DNA of 64,000 bases from Candidatus Poribacteria bacterium (GTDB lineage Bacteria > Poribacteria > WGA-4E > WGA-3G). Shown here piece by piece: positions 32,230 through 41,551 of the stretch. A model generated the notes under the pieces. That model saw nothing but the letters and a program-made list of their open reading frames with translations, searched no databases and was not told where the DNA came from. Where the stretch lies: NCBI GenBank assembly GCA_963663765.2, contig CAXXUA010000006.1, positions 224,001-288,000 of the forward strand, given 5' to 3'. The position numbers and the translations under genes were made by a program. How positions within the stretch are numbered: position 1 is the stretch's first letter; each line of letters begins with the position of its first letter.

Positions 32230-32534
32230 CGGATATTCAGTTTTAAGAGTTTTCTGTTCTTGAGATTTACTGAAAGTTAATTCCCAGGTTCGGTTTCCTA
32301 ACCGAACTTTACGCATCAATTTTACATTATTGAAACATGAACATCGCTCTTTAGTCCCGCCAAATGCTATATGCGCATTTGGCGTTGATTTGATAGGGAC
32401 GATATGTTTATAGAAACGAGTACCCTCCCCAGTTCTTTAGTCCCGTAGAGACTAAAGACATAAACAAGATGGCATCACATAAAATTAACGACATAGTAAT
32501 ATATTATCAAAAATATTGAAAACAGAATAACCCG
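32230..32534. mobile_element. Inverted, diverged copy of the 406-712 MITE carrying a 34-bp micro-element
   Basis: Matches the reverse complement of 406-712; extra GCCAAATGCTATATGCGCATTTGGCGTTGATTTG at 32359-32392. Confidence 0.8.
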
Positions 32535-32543
32535 AACAAAATG

Positions 32544-32789
32544 GGGTGTGTAAAGTTTTTTGCAAGGTATTATCTGAATTGTTGGTGTTTCTCTTGTGGG
32601 AGGGGTTTTCAACCCCGATTTGAATTACAGATTACGCAGTTGCCATAAGAGGGAGAGATTAGGTAGGAGTGACCAGAAGGTCGCACCTACCGAGGAGAGG
32701 ATCTACATTCGGCAATAATAGTCGCATTTCATAATGAAACAAGATTTATTTCAAATGGTATAACAACATGTCAAATACTTTACACTACC
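32544..32789. mobile_element. MITE with ISKra4-type GGGTGTGTAAAGTTTT end enclosing two REP types
   Basis: Left end identical to the TIR at 54832; degenerate right end AAATACTTTACACTACC. Confidence 0.6.
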
Positions 32790-32903
32790 GTGAAACAACA
32801 TTCTGTTGAAGCACAAAATGATTGTAAATGTGAAGTACGGAGTTCGCGGAATAATCTGACTCGCGGATGACAGTGATTACTATTTCTATGAACGACTCAT
32901 CCC

Positions 32904-35241
32904 TTACTTCAAAATAAGCATTTTTCGGGTTGACGTAAAATCCTCCGCGGTAAATTTAAAATAGTAAACGCCACTTGATACATTTTCTCCATTCTCATTT
33001 TTTCCATCCCAATGCGCGGCTTTCGACTGTGAGGTGTAAAGACCGGCTTGCTGATGTCCAATATCTAACTTCCGAATTAATATTCCATCAGCAGCAAAAA
33101 CTTCAATTGAGACATTCGCAGGTTTGGAAAGTTGATAAGGTATCCACGTCTCAGGATTGAACGGGTTAGGGTAATTTTGGAAAACCGCAGTCGTCTTAAT
33201 TGTTCCCCACCTTGTATATTGCTTTCCTTTAGGGTCAACCGAGAGAGTACCATCAATTGAAAATGGCCACAATAGTATTGTGCCGTCATTACTTGCTGAA
33301 GCAAGTGTCAAGCCATCATAACTGAATGATACGCGATTAACATCAGAAGTGTGTCCAATCATTGTCTTGATAGGATTACCTGTAAAAACCTCCCAGAGAC
33401 GAATCGTTTTATCGCTACTCCCTGATGCAAGTGTGCGTCCGTTCGGACTGAATGAGACAGAGTTGACCCTATCCGTGTGACCAGTCAAAGTCGGGAGATG
33501 AGTACCGGAGTCTACATTCCACAACCGAACCGTATCATCAATACTTGCAGATGCAAGTATTTCACCATCGGGACTAAATGCTACATCCATGATTGTACCT
33601 CTATGTTCTGTCAGTATTCTTAGAAAGATACCACTATCCACTTCCCAGAGACGAACGTCTCCATCATTACTGCCTGATGCAAGCAACTTACCATCAGGGC
33701 TGAATGAAATACCTAACACCCAATCAAAATGTCCGCTCAAAGTTCGAAGATGATCACCTGTACTTACCTCCCAAAGTCGAATTGTGTGGTCTTCACTTGC
33801 TGAAGCGATGATTTGATTATCTGGACTGAAAGCAACATCTGAAATATCCTCTGTATGCCCAATCAACGTCCGTAGATGGATACCTGTGTCAAGATCCCAC
33901 AACCGAATCGTATCATCATAGCTAGCAGAAGCTAATATTTCTCCATCAGAACTGATATCTACGTTTAGAACCGGACCCGTATGTCCGGGCAGTGTACGGA
34001 CGTGACTTCGATTGGTTAAATCCCATATTTGAATACTATTGTCAAAACTCGCTGATGCAAGTAATTGGCTATCCGGAGTGAAAGAGACACCCCTAATCCA
34101 AAAAAAATATTCTGAAAAAGTCTTGATTAAATTCCCACTACTAACATCCCATAGACGCATTGTGTGATCAAGACTACTAGATGCAAGTAACTGATTATCT
34201 TGGCTGAATGCAACAGTATGGACCCGTCCAGTATGATCTGTCAACGTTCTAATTAGATCACCATTACTAATGTCCCACAATCGAATCGTGTTATCTGTAC
34301 CCGATGATGCAAGCATTTCACCATCGGAACTGATAGTGACGCTCAGAACCCATGAAGTATGTCCCTCAAGTGTCTGGAGATGATTACCAGAACTGACCTG
34401 CCACAACCGAATTGTAGTATCAGCACTACCCGTAGCGATTGTTTCTCCATCAGGGGTAAACGATAAATCATTTATAGAATATATATGCCCCGACAGGGTC
34501 CGAAGATGTTCACCAGTACGTGCATTCCAAAACCGTACCGTACTATCTTCACTACCCGAGGCAAGTATTTCACCGTCAGGACTAAAAGAAACGCTACGCA
34601 CTCTATCAGTATGTCCCTCCAGTGTATACACCTCTTCACCCGTACCAGCATCCCACAACCGGACAGTTTTATCGGAACTACCCGAGGCCAACATTTCTCC
34701 ATCTGAACTAAACGATACGCTAACGACCGGCCTAGTGCTTAGTCACGTGCTTATTGACGGATCTAAAAAGAAGTCGGGAATCGGAGTTCCCTCCTACAAT
34801 ACCAAGATTTCTGTAGGAGCGATCTCCGATTCGAAACCTACAATAGTATGTTGACTAAGCACTAGTATGTCCAGTTAATGTTCGGAGATGACTACCAGTA
34901 TTTATGTTCCATAGACGTATCGTATTGTCACTACTCGCAGATGCAAGTGTTTCTCCATCAGGACTAAGCGCAATACTGTTGACAGTGGATGTATGTCCAG
35001 TGAGTAAATCCTGTGGTTCATTTGTCTCTGCATCGTAAAACCAGATTCCGATGCTGCCTGCAACAATCAGTCTCGTGCCATCTTTCGTGAATGCAATATC
35101 TTTAATTTCACCTTTACCCAAACGTGCATTTGTATCTTCTGGTAATCCAATAGTTGTATAACTCTGTGCAAAACTGTACTGCAAATGGATATTTACTACA
35201 AACAGCAATGTTAAAGCAAACGCAATCAGCATCTTCTTCAT
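32904..35241 (-). pseudogene. Secreted WD40-repeat protein with C-terminal FlgD/T9SS-like domain, interrupted by a MITE
   Basis: ORFs 34855-35241 and 32904-34694 join into one 735-aa frame if 34736-34865 is removed; many GH...WD repeats; QNYPNPFNPETWIPY C-terminal domain. Confidence 0.92.
34736..34861. mobile_element. 126-bp MITE with TGCTTAGTCA ends and CTAG target duplication
   Basis: CTAG at 34732-34735 and 34862-34865; interior is a REP doublet (GGGAATCGGAGTTCCCTCCTACA / TGTAGGAGCGATCTCCGATTCG). Confidence 0.92.
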
Positions 35242-35402
35242 AAAAACTACTCCTTATATCATAAAAGGATTCAGTTCTAATTTCTTAATGTTATCCTAAT
35301 CACTCTATTTTCTTAATGTTATCCTAATCACTCTATTCTATATCGTAGTACCTATTATATTCAAACTAATCATAATTAGTCAACAGGAAAAATGGGTGTG
35401 TA

Positions 35403-35533
35403 CAGAGTTATTCAACTGTTACTCTATATCTTTGTTGGTGGGTTTTGTAACCCCGATTTGTTATGCTGCTTCTCTAAAACCAGGGTTAGAAACCCTCCCA
35501 TAATAGTCCATATCGGACAATTGAATACCTCTG
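35403..35533. mobile_element. 131-bp MITE with CAGAGGTATTCAATTGT-type ends
   Basis: CAGAGTTATTCAACTGT ... ACAATTGAATACCTCTG around a REP doublet; same length and end family as 44690-44820. Confidence 0.75.
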
Positions 35534-35637
35534 GGATATATCAGATTTAGCATGAGAAGGCAAGCTATATTTGATATATACGAATATACACTAACTAATA
35601 TCTACAATTGAATGCCTCTGCGTAAGAATTCTGATTC

Positions 35638-35666
35638 TTGACAACTCAATGTTGATATGCTATACT
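35638..35666 (+). promoter_or_regulatory. Sigma70-type promoter with extended -10
   Basis: TTGACA-17 bp-TATACT with TGn, upstream of the 35750-39890 gene run. Confidence 0.75.
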
Positions 35667-35749
35667 AATAAACAGTTTTTCTTATGGAAAATAAAGTCCA
35701 AATTTATGTATTTTCAAACATTTTAGATTAGAAATGGAGTGCAATACTC

Positions 35750-36340
35750 ATGGATATCAAACAAACTTTAGACAATAGAATCTCAGAATACAATCTTCTT
35801 AAACATCCCTTCTATCAAGCATGGAGTGCCGGTGAACTACCAATTGATGCATTGAAGTGTTATGCACGTGAATATGGTGCATTTATCTCTACAATGCCAA
35901 AGGGATGGGAAACATTGAATGATGTAGAAACAGCAGAAGAAGAAACAGAACATATTGAATTGTGGCAAGATTTTGCTGACGGTCTTAATACAGAAATTTC
36001 TGATGCACAAATCCCCCAGGTGAAGACTCTTTTAGATACAGCAGACAACCTTTTTTCAAACAGTAACACCGCATTAGGGGCGCTCTATGCTTTTGAGGTA
36101 CAGCAACCTGAAACCGCGAAATCAAAATTAGCAGGTTTGAAGGAATTCTATCAATTACCTGATAAAGTTGAACCGTATTTCGTAACACATTCACACAATG
36201 AACACGAAGCTGAAAAACTACTTGAGCAGATAAATACATTACCAGCAGATTTGCAGGAGACAGTGATACAAGCGTGCGAACAGATGAGTCGTGCTTTATG
36301 GGATGCACTTACAGGAATCCACGATGCCGAATGCGCTTGA
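35750..36340 (+). CDS. CADD/PqqC-like heme-oxygenase-fold diiron protein
   Basis: LLKHPFYQAWSAGEL, EE...HIELWQDFA, GALYAFE, SKLAGLKEFY, YFVTH. Confidence 0.85.
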   Translation: MDIKQTLDNRISEYNLLKHPFYQAWSAGELPIDALKCYAREYGAFISTMPKGWETLNDVETAEEETEHIELWQDFADGLNTEISDAQIPQVKTLLDTADNLFSNSNTALGALYAFEVQQPETAKSKLAGLKEFYQLPDKVEPYFVTHSHNEHEAEKLLEQINTLPADLQETVIQACEQMSRALWDALTGIHDAECA

Positions 36341-36710
36341 TACGGTGAAAGCATATTTTGACGCACTTGTTGCAAAAGATGCTGAAACCCTTATTGCAAT
36401 GATGCTCCCTGTTACACACTATGTAAAAATAGGTACAGATGCAGGTGAAATTATTGTTGGCGAGGAAGGTCTTGTGGAATATTACCGTAACCATGTTGCG
36501 AGTACTGAGGATTTCAGCATCAATCTCATCAACCTTGATGTACAAGAACGCGAAAATGTTGCTTGGTTCTACACACGTCAACTTTGGAAACTCAAGTGGA
36601 AAGGTAATTCAGAAGAATTTGTGATGCGAATAACAGGTGTTTTAGAAAAGATTGATGAGTCTTGGAAGTTCGCACAAATTCATGCGTCCATTGGAGTTTC
36701 TATATCTTAG
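36324..36710 (+). CDS. SnoaL/NTF2-like protein
   Basis: IGTDAGE, MRITGVLEK...WKFAQIHAS. Confidence 0.82.
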   Translation: MPNALDTVKAYFDALVAKDAETLIAMMLPVTHYVKIGTDAGEIIVGEEGLVEYYRNHVASTEDFSINLINLDVQERENVAWFYTRQLWKLKWKGNSEEFVMRITGVLEKIDESWKFAQIHASIGVSIS

Positions 36711-36728
36711 TACTTTGAGGTAAAGTTC

Positions 36729-37424
36729 TTGAATATTTCTGTTATCTCATTTGATGGTGATATGACCTTATGGGATTTTGTTAAGGTCATGCGACATTCT
36801 CTGAATCAGACATTGATTGAATTACAAAAATATGTTAAAACCCAACATGCTTCAGATCTCACCATTGATAAGATGATTGAAATCAGAAATACGTATGCGG
36901 AAGAAGTTAAAGGTAAAATCTGGAACCTTGTAGAAATTAGACGCGGTGCATTTGAACGGACTCTTGAACTCGTTGGTTCTCCAAACAAAAAACTTGCTAA
37001 ACATCTTCATAATAAATATATTAGACACCGTTTTGAAAATATAGAACTATATCCTGATGTCATTTCAACACTTGACATGTTAGCACCACATTTCAAGTTA
37101 GGTCTACTCTCAAATGGAAATACCTACCCTGAACGATGTGGACTTGAGGATCGGTTCGCGTTTGTTGTATTTTCTCAAGATGTGCAAGTTGAAAAACCAG
37201 ATCCAAAAATCTTTGAGATAACTGCTCAGAGAGTAGGTTGTGAATTCACAAAATTGCTTCATGTAGGAGATTCACTCAAAAATGATGTAGCAGGAGCAAA
37301 GAATGTTGGTGCATCATCAGTTTGGCTCAACCGTGAAGGTGTAAGGAACGATACAGGAATTCAACCTGACTACGAAGTGACTTCCTTGACTGAAATCCCC
37401 GAAATATTAGGATTGAAAAGGTGA
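36729..37424 (+). CDS. HAD-family hydrolase
   Basis: FDGDMTL, LSNG, EKPDPKIF, HVGDSLKND. Confidence 0.9.
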   Translation: MNISVISFDGDMTLWDFVKVMRHSLNQTLIELQKYVKTQHASDLTIDKMIEIRNTYAEEVKGKIWNLVEIRRGAFERTLELVGSPNKKLAKHLHNKYIRHRFENIELYPDVISTLDMLAPHFKLGLLSNGNTYPERCGLEDRFAFVVFSQDVQVEKPDPKIFEITAQRVGCEFTKLLHVGDSLKNDVAGAKNVGASSVWLNREGVRNDTGIQPDYEVTSLTEIPEILGLKR

Positions 37425-37425
37425 A

Positions 37426-37710
37426 ATGATGATTACAATTTCTGAAGAACTTAAACAGGCAGTACAGGATTCCAAAGACAACTTTGTGCGTCTTGTGGAT
37501 CCAGAGACAAATGCTGAATATGTTGTTTTACCCGCAAAAACATTTGATCAAATTCAAGAAGGACTATTTTACGACGACGGTCCACTTTCCGATGAGGAGC
37601 AGAGTGAGTTACTTGTAGAAATGGGGCTGAGCATGGGATGGGATAATCCTGAAATGGATGTTTACAACGAACTTGATCCACGGAGGAATAATGAAGGTTC
37701 AACGCAGTGA
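37426..37710 (+). CDS. Probable antitoxin
   Basis: Small acidic ORF overlapping the downstream PemK/MazF gene; GWDNPEMDVYN C-terminus. Confidence 0.65.
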   Translation: MMITISEELKQAVQDSKDNFVRLVDPETNAEYVVLPAKTFDQIQEGLFYDDGPLSDEEQSELLVEMGLSMGWDNPEMDVYNELDPRRNNEGSTQ

Positions 37711-38050
37711 CATAGTTCTTGTGGATTTTCCTTATAGTAATCAGATGGAAAGTAAAATACGCCCAGCACTTGTTGTTCAAGCGGATGTTTGGAACCAAAG
37801 GCTCAATAGCACAATTCTCGCAGGTATCACAAGTAGTCGTCTTCGAAGAGTCGGTGCACCTACACAGTATTATATTGATATTTCTGCGATTGAAGGGGAA
37901 GAAACAGGACTTCGTCTTAATTCAGTAGTTCAATGTGAAAAGTTAATCGCTTACAATCAAAACCGAATCCTACGCGTTATTGGTAACTTTTCCGATGCTG
38001 TAATGTTGCAGATAGATAAATGTCTCCAATCCGCATTAGGCATACGATAA
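37691..38050 (+). CDS. PemK/MazF-family endoribonuclease toxin
   Basis: RSDIVLVDFPY...KIRPALVVQ...GITS...TGLRLNS; GGAGG RBS. Confidence 0.9.
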   Translation: MKVQRSDIVLVDFPYSNQMESKIRPALVVQADVWNQRLNSTILAGITSSRLRRVGAPTQYYIDISAIEGEETGLRLNSVVQCEKLIAYNQNRILRVIGNFSDAVMLQIDKCLQSALGIR

Positions 38051-38062
38051 ATACAGGTACTT

Positions 38063-39076
38063 TTGATGCAAAAACGAGATTATTACGTAATACTAAATGT
38101 ACCTCGTGATGCCTCTGCTGACGAAATAAAAAGAGCATACCATAAACTTGCACTCAAATACCACCCAGATAAGAATCCCAACGATGACATTGCAGCTGCG
38201 AAGTTTAGAGAAGCAACAGAAGCTTATGAAGTGCTGTCAGATGATACGCAACGAGAACGTTACAATCAAAATCTCACATCAAAACCTGGGTACGAAATGG
38301 TTTATGGGGATGACGGTGCAGAGATGGTGTTGATACCAGATGGAGAATATCTGATGGGATGCACCACTGGAGATACTGACGAAACTCCTATCCATTCAGT
38401 TTATCTTGACAATTTCTATATGGATAGGTACGCAGTGAAAAATGAACAATATCAAGCTTTTGTTGATCAAAACCCGCAGTGGAGCAAAAACAATATACCA
38501 AATGAATACCACGATGGGAACTATTTAAAACTTTGGGATAGAGAGAAGGGTTACGGGCAGGGAAAATACAATCATCCTGTCGTTGCTGTCAGTTGGTATG
38601 CAGCAATGGCGTATGCACAATGGTCAGGTAAACGATTACCAACAGAAGCTGAATGGGAAAAAGCCGCAAGAGGTGGATTAGTCAGTAAAACCTATCCCTG
38701 GGGAGACACAATAAGTAGAAACAAAGCAAATTACGGTATCCGTTGGGACGGCAGAGTCTCTTCAATCGCTACGACACCCGTCGGTAGTTTTCCACCAAAT
38801 AAATTCGGGTTATATGATATGGTAGGTAATGTTCGGGAGTGGTGTCTGGATGTCTACCAATCTGATTTCTACGAAAATTCACCAAGAAACAATCCAATCG
38901 CTGGTGAAAATATGGACATATTGTTATCGCACTATTTAGAGATAGACGGTTCTCGTGTTTTTCGCGGAGGAACATGGTATTATTCTCCTGATTCCTTACG
39001 ATTGACACGAAGGATGAGAGACATACCCTCCTTCGCTACTACGAGTGTTGGATTCCGATGTGTAAAAAAGGACTAA
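38063..39076 (+). CDS. DnaJ J-domain fused to FGE-sulfatase (SUMF1) domain
   Basis: DYY...KYHPDKN J-domain; [32 protein letters not shown]. Confidence 0.88.
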   Translation: MMQKRDYYVILNVPRDASADEIKRAYHKLALKYHPDKNPNDDIAAAKFREATEAYEVLSDDTQRERYNQNLTSKPGYEMVYGDDGAEMVLIPDGEYLMGCTTGDTDETPIHSVYLDNFYMDRYAVKNEQYQAFVDQNPQWSKNNIPNEYHDGNYLKLWDREKGYGQGKYNHPVVAVSWYAAMAYAQWSGKRLPTEAEWEKAARGGLVSKTYPWGDTISRNKANYGIRWDGRVSSIATTPVGSFPPNKFGLYDMVGNVREWCLDVYQSDFYENSPRNNPIAGENMDILLSHYLEIDGSRVFRGGTWYYSPDSLRLTRRMRDIPSFATTSVGFRCVKKD

Positions 39077-39077
39077 T

Positions 39078-39890
39078 ATGATGATGACTCCAGAACAACG
39101 GTATCTGTTTGATGTCATGGGTTACCTGCATCTCAAAAATGTAATCAAGGGAGAAGAACTCAGGGCTGCACAGGAAGCTGCTGATTCATACATAAATGCA
39201 AATCCACAGGAACTACCAACCGGTTTCGATTCAAGTGGGAAACATCTACCAAACGGTTTTGCATTCGCCAAACCTTTAGAAGCACTTACACTCCACCCAG
39301 CGAGTTGGTCCATCATCAAGGAACTAACGGATAATAAACCACAACTTGCACGTGGCACGATGATTGCCGACAGGCTTGGTGTACCAGAGGGGGGAGAAGC
39401 CTTACGACTACATTGCGCACGAGAAGATTATGGACGCGACAGAAACTGTTTCGAAAACCGAAACGGTAAAATCTACTGCGATGATTTTGTCGTTTTTCCT
39501 TACCTCACTGATGTACAGCCCGGTGATGGAGGACTCCTAGTTATTCCCGGTTCACACAAAGCCGAATTTGACCGGCCTCTAACCCTTTTCAACAATGGAA
39601 CACCTGACGATGTCATTGATATACCAGAGGGTGTCGTCAACATCACACCAAACGCTGGAGATATAGTGATTATCTCCGAACTCTTGTCACACGGTGCACT
39701 GCCTTGGATACCAAAAGATCGATACCGTTGCATCTTAACCTTACGCTATAGACCACAAAATCGAGGTGAGAGCAGAGTGTCTGCAGAAGTTAGAGAAAGA
39801 CTATCCCCAGAAACTATAGAACTTATTTCACACGCCGACCTTTCACATACAAAAGATATTGTTAAGCATGATGTTATCACGCTGACGTAA
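39078..39890 (+). CDS. PhyH-family dioxygenase-like protein
   Basis: YLFDVMGYL, GGLLVIPGSHK, HGALPW. Confidence 0.85.
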   Translation: MMMTPEQRYLFDVMGYLHLKNVIKGEELRAAQEAADSYINANPQELPTGFDSSGKHLPNGFAFAKPLEALTLHPASWSIIKELTDNKPQLARGTMIADRLGVPEGGEALRLHCAREDYGRDRNCFENRNGKIYCDDFVVFPYLTDVQPGDGGLLVIPGSHKAEFDRPLTLFNNGTPDDVIDIPEGVVNITPNAGDIVIISELLSHGALPWIPKDRYRCILTLRYRPQNRGESRVSAEVRERLSPETIELISHADLSHTKDIVKHDVITLT

Positions 39891-39895
39891 TCGGG

Positions 39896-40771
39896 CTAAT
39901 GAACTGGTCTCACCGATGGTGCGCCATGTTTTTCGCACCATGATGCAAGCGGACTTTCTCCACCACTGGGAATAAATTCTTTCGTTTTATTGAAGGATTC
40001 ACCCACTAAATACTGCTCAAGTGGGGTGAGTTTGTCCAACAATGTCTTCTCCTGTGTCCGATAATCCATCGGCATCACCCATCGGTATCCGTAACCGATC
40101 ATCACCCCCTTACGGGTCCGGTCAGTTAAATTCGCAGCACCAGCATGAAAAGTACGGTTTTCAAACAGAAGACAATCACCAGGTTGTAGACTTGCTTCAA
40201 GTGCACCATCGGGATCCGTCTGTCCTTTCGGAATGGCAAAACTTTCCAGAAGGTGGTTGCTTCCGGGGGCAACAAGCGTTACACCAGAATTGGGTTCACT
40301 CAGATCAGTGAAGTAGTATGCACATTTTAGCAATAGACGGGGTACCGTATTTCCATGTGTTTTCTTTGCCATGCTGTAGTCACGATGCCAACCGGGTTCA
40401 CGCACGGTATCTGGTGTACCCGATGGGTTTGGGTATTTGTATATCAGGTGTGAGGTCATCAGTTGTAAATGCGCACCAAGCAACTGCACCACAATCGGGA
40501 GGATAGTCTCCTGCGTGAGCAATGGAATAAAGGCATCGTCAATAGAGATGCAATTTCGGAAACCATCGTATGAATTGCGACTATTGAGTTGACGGTACTC
40601 ACGACGATCACTCGCTATCATTCTGTCGCTCACCTCAATCAATTGCCCGATGGAATCTGAGTCCAGAACATTACGTATAATGAGATAGCCTTTGTCGTCA
40701 AAATGGCGGATCTCTTCATCAGAGAGTGGATGCCAATCAAGATTATTTACTGCTTCGTTAGCGTGTGTCAT
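39896..40771 (-). CDS. PhyH-family dioxygenase
   Basis: GWHRD, VAPGSN, GDCLLFENRTFHA. Confidence 0.88.
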   Translation of the reverse strand: MTHANEAVNNLDWHPLSDEEIRHFDDKGYLIIRNVLDSDSIGQLIEVSDRMIASDRREYRQLNSRNSYDGFRNCISIDDAFIPLLTQETILPIVVQLLGAHLQLMTSHLIYKYPNPSGTPDTVREPGWHRDYSMAKKTHGNTVPRLLLKCAYYFTDLSEPNSGVTLVAPGSNHLLESFAIPKGQTDPDGALEASLQPGDCLLFENRTFHAGAANLTDRTRKGVMIGYGYRWVMPMDYRTQEKTLLDKLTPLEQYLVGESFNKTKEFIPSGGESPLASWCEKHGAPSVRPVH

Positions 40772-40908
40772 TGTTTTACCTCCTATGTATTATTTAGGAA
40801 TGAGAACATAGATTGTAATATGAGAACTACTGGGGTATTATCATAACCTAAGTTGAAACAAAGATGTACAAACATTTATAGTAAAATCCATAATTACTGA
40901 TACACAAC

Positions 40909-41200
40909 GGTAGGTTCGGTTTCCTAACCGAACCTATGGGTCAATTTAATAAAAATATGTTGGTGTTTCTCTTGTGGGAGGGATTTTCAACCCCGATTTA
41001 GCAATTTGAAACCTGTATAATCGGGGTTGAAAGCCCCTCCCATATTGGTGAAAACTTAAAAATACGCTTGTATTACTATGACTCCTTGTCAATACCCAAT
41101 GTTATTGGGATTGTCTTATATACAGTCCCGTAGGGACGATATGTTTATAGAACATACACGAACAACCATTCGTTAGTCTCGTAGGGACGATATGTTTGTT
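40909..41200. repeat. Cluster of REP-like palindromes of three families
   Basis: GGTAGGTTCGGTTTCCTAACCGAACC, GTGGGAGGGATTTTCAACCCCG doublet, two GTCCCGTAGGGAC-type copies. Confidence 0.75.
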
Positions 41201-41282
41201 CGAACCCCATCTTATATACAATTCGTCCCTAATGAAGATTAAGTTATTAAACGGGTAATTAAATATTTCTCACTCGGTAAGC

Positions 41283-41419
41283 GGGGAATGCCTTAATGGC
41301 ATTCATACCGTTGATTTGGACGAATGCCATAGGCGCATTCGGCGTTGATTTGGGGGAATGCCAAAAGGTATTCATACCGTTGATTTCTTGATTTCTTGGT
41401 TTCTTGGTTTCTTGATTTG
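41283..41419 (+). repeat. Tandem array of three hairpin micro-elements plus four 8-bp tail repeats inside a REP
   Basis: Units 41283-41318, 41319-41352, 41353-41387, then TTG(A/G)TTT(C/G) x4; an uninterrupted REP follows at 41444-41468. Confidence 0.88.
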
Positions 41420-41551
41420 GTGCTTTGTAAGTGCACCCACAATGGTATGCGTGCTTTGTAAGCGCACCAACGAATGAGTTAACTGACACAAGTCGTTATA
41501 CTAATTCATGTTTGCAAATTGTCCAATCTATAGTATAGTTATCAACTTGAA

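Noticed and set aside
32904-34694. DNA-level repeat array
   Set aside because: The 126-bp periodicity is explained by WD40 protein repeats
29005-40771. Four 2OG/PhyH-type dioxygenases as a biosynthetic cluster
   Set aside because: They are dispersed among unrelated genes with no scaffold-forming enzyme; family expansion is the simpler explanation
41283-41419. Possible CRISPR array
   Set aside because: Units abut without unique 25-45 bp spacers, only three are present, they occur singly elsewhere, and no cas gene is in the window
41259-41489. 76-aa ORF with NQETKKPRNQE repeats
   Set aside because: It is the translation of the micro-element array and REP sequences; likewise the ORFs at 3610, 44792, 47268 and 54491 lie in repeats
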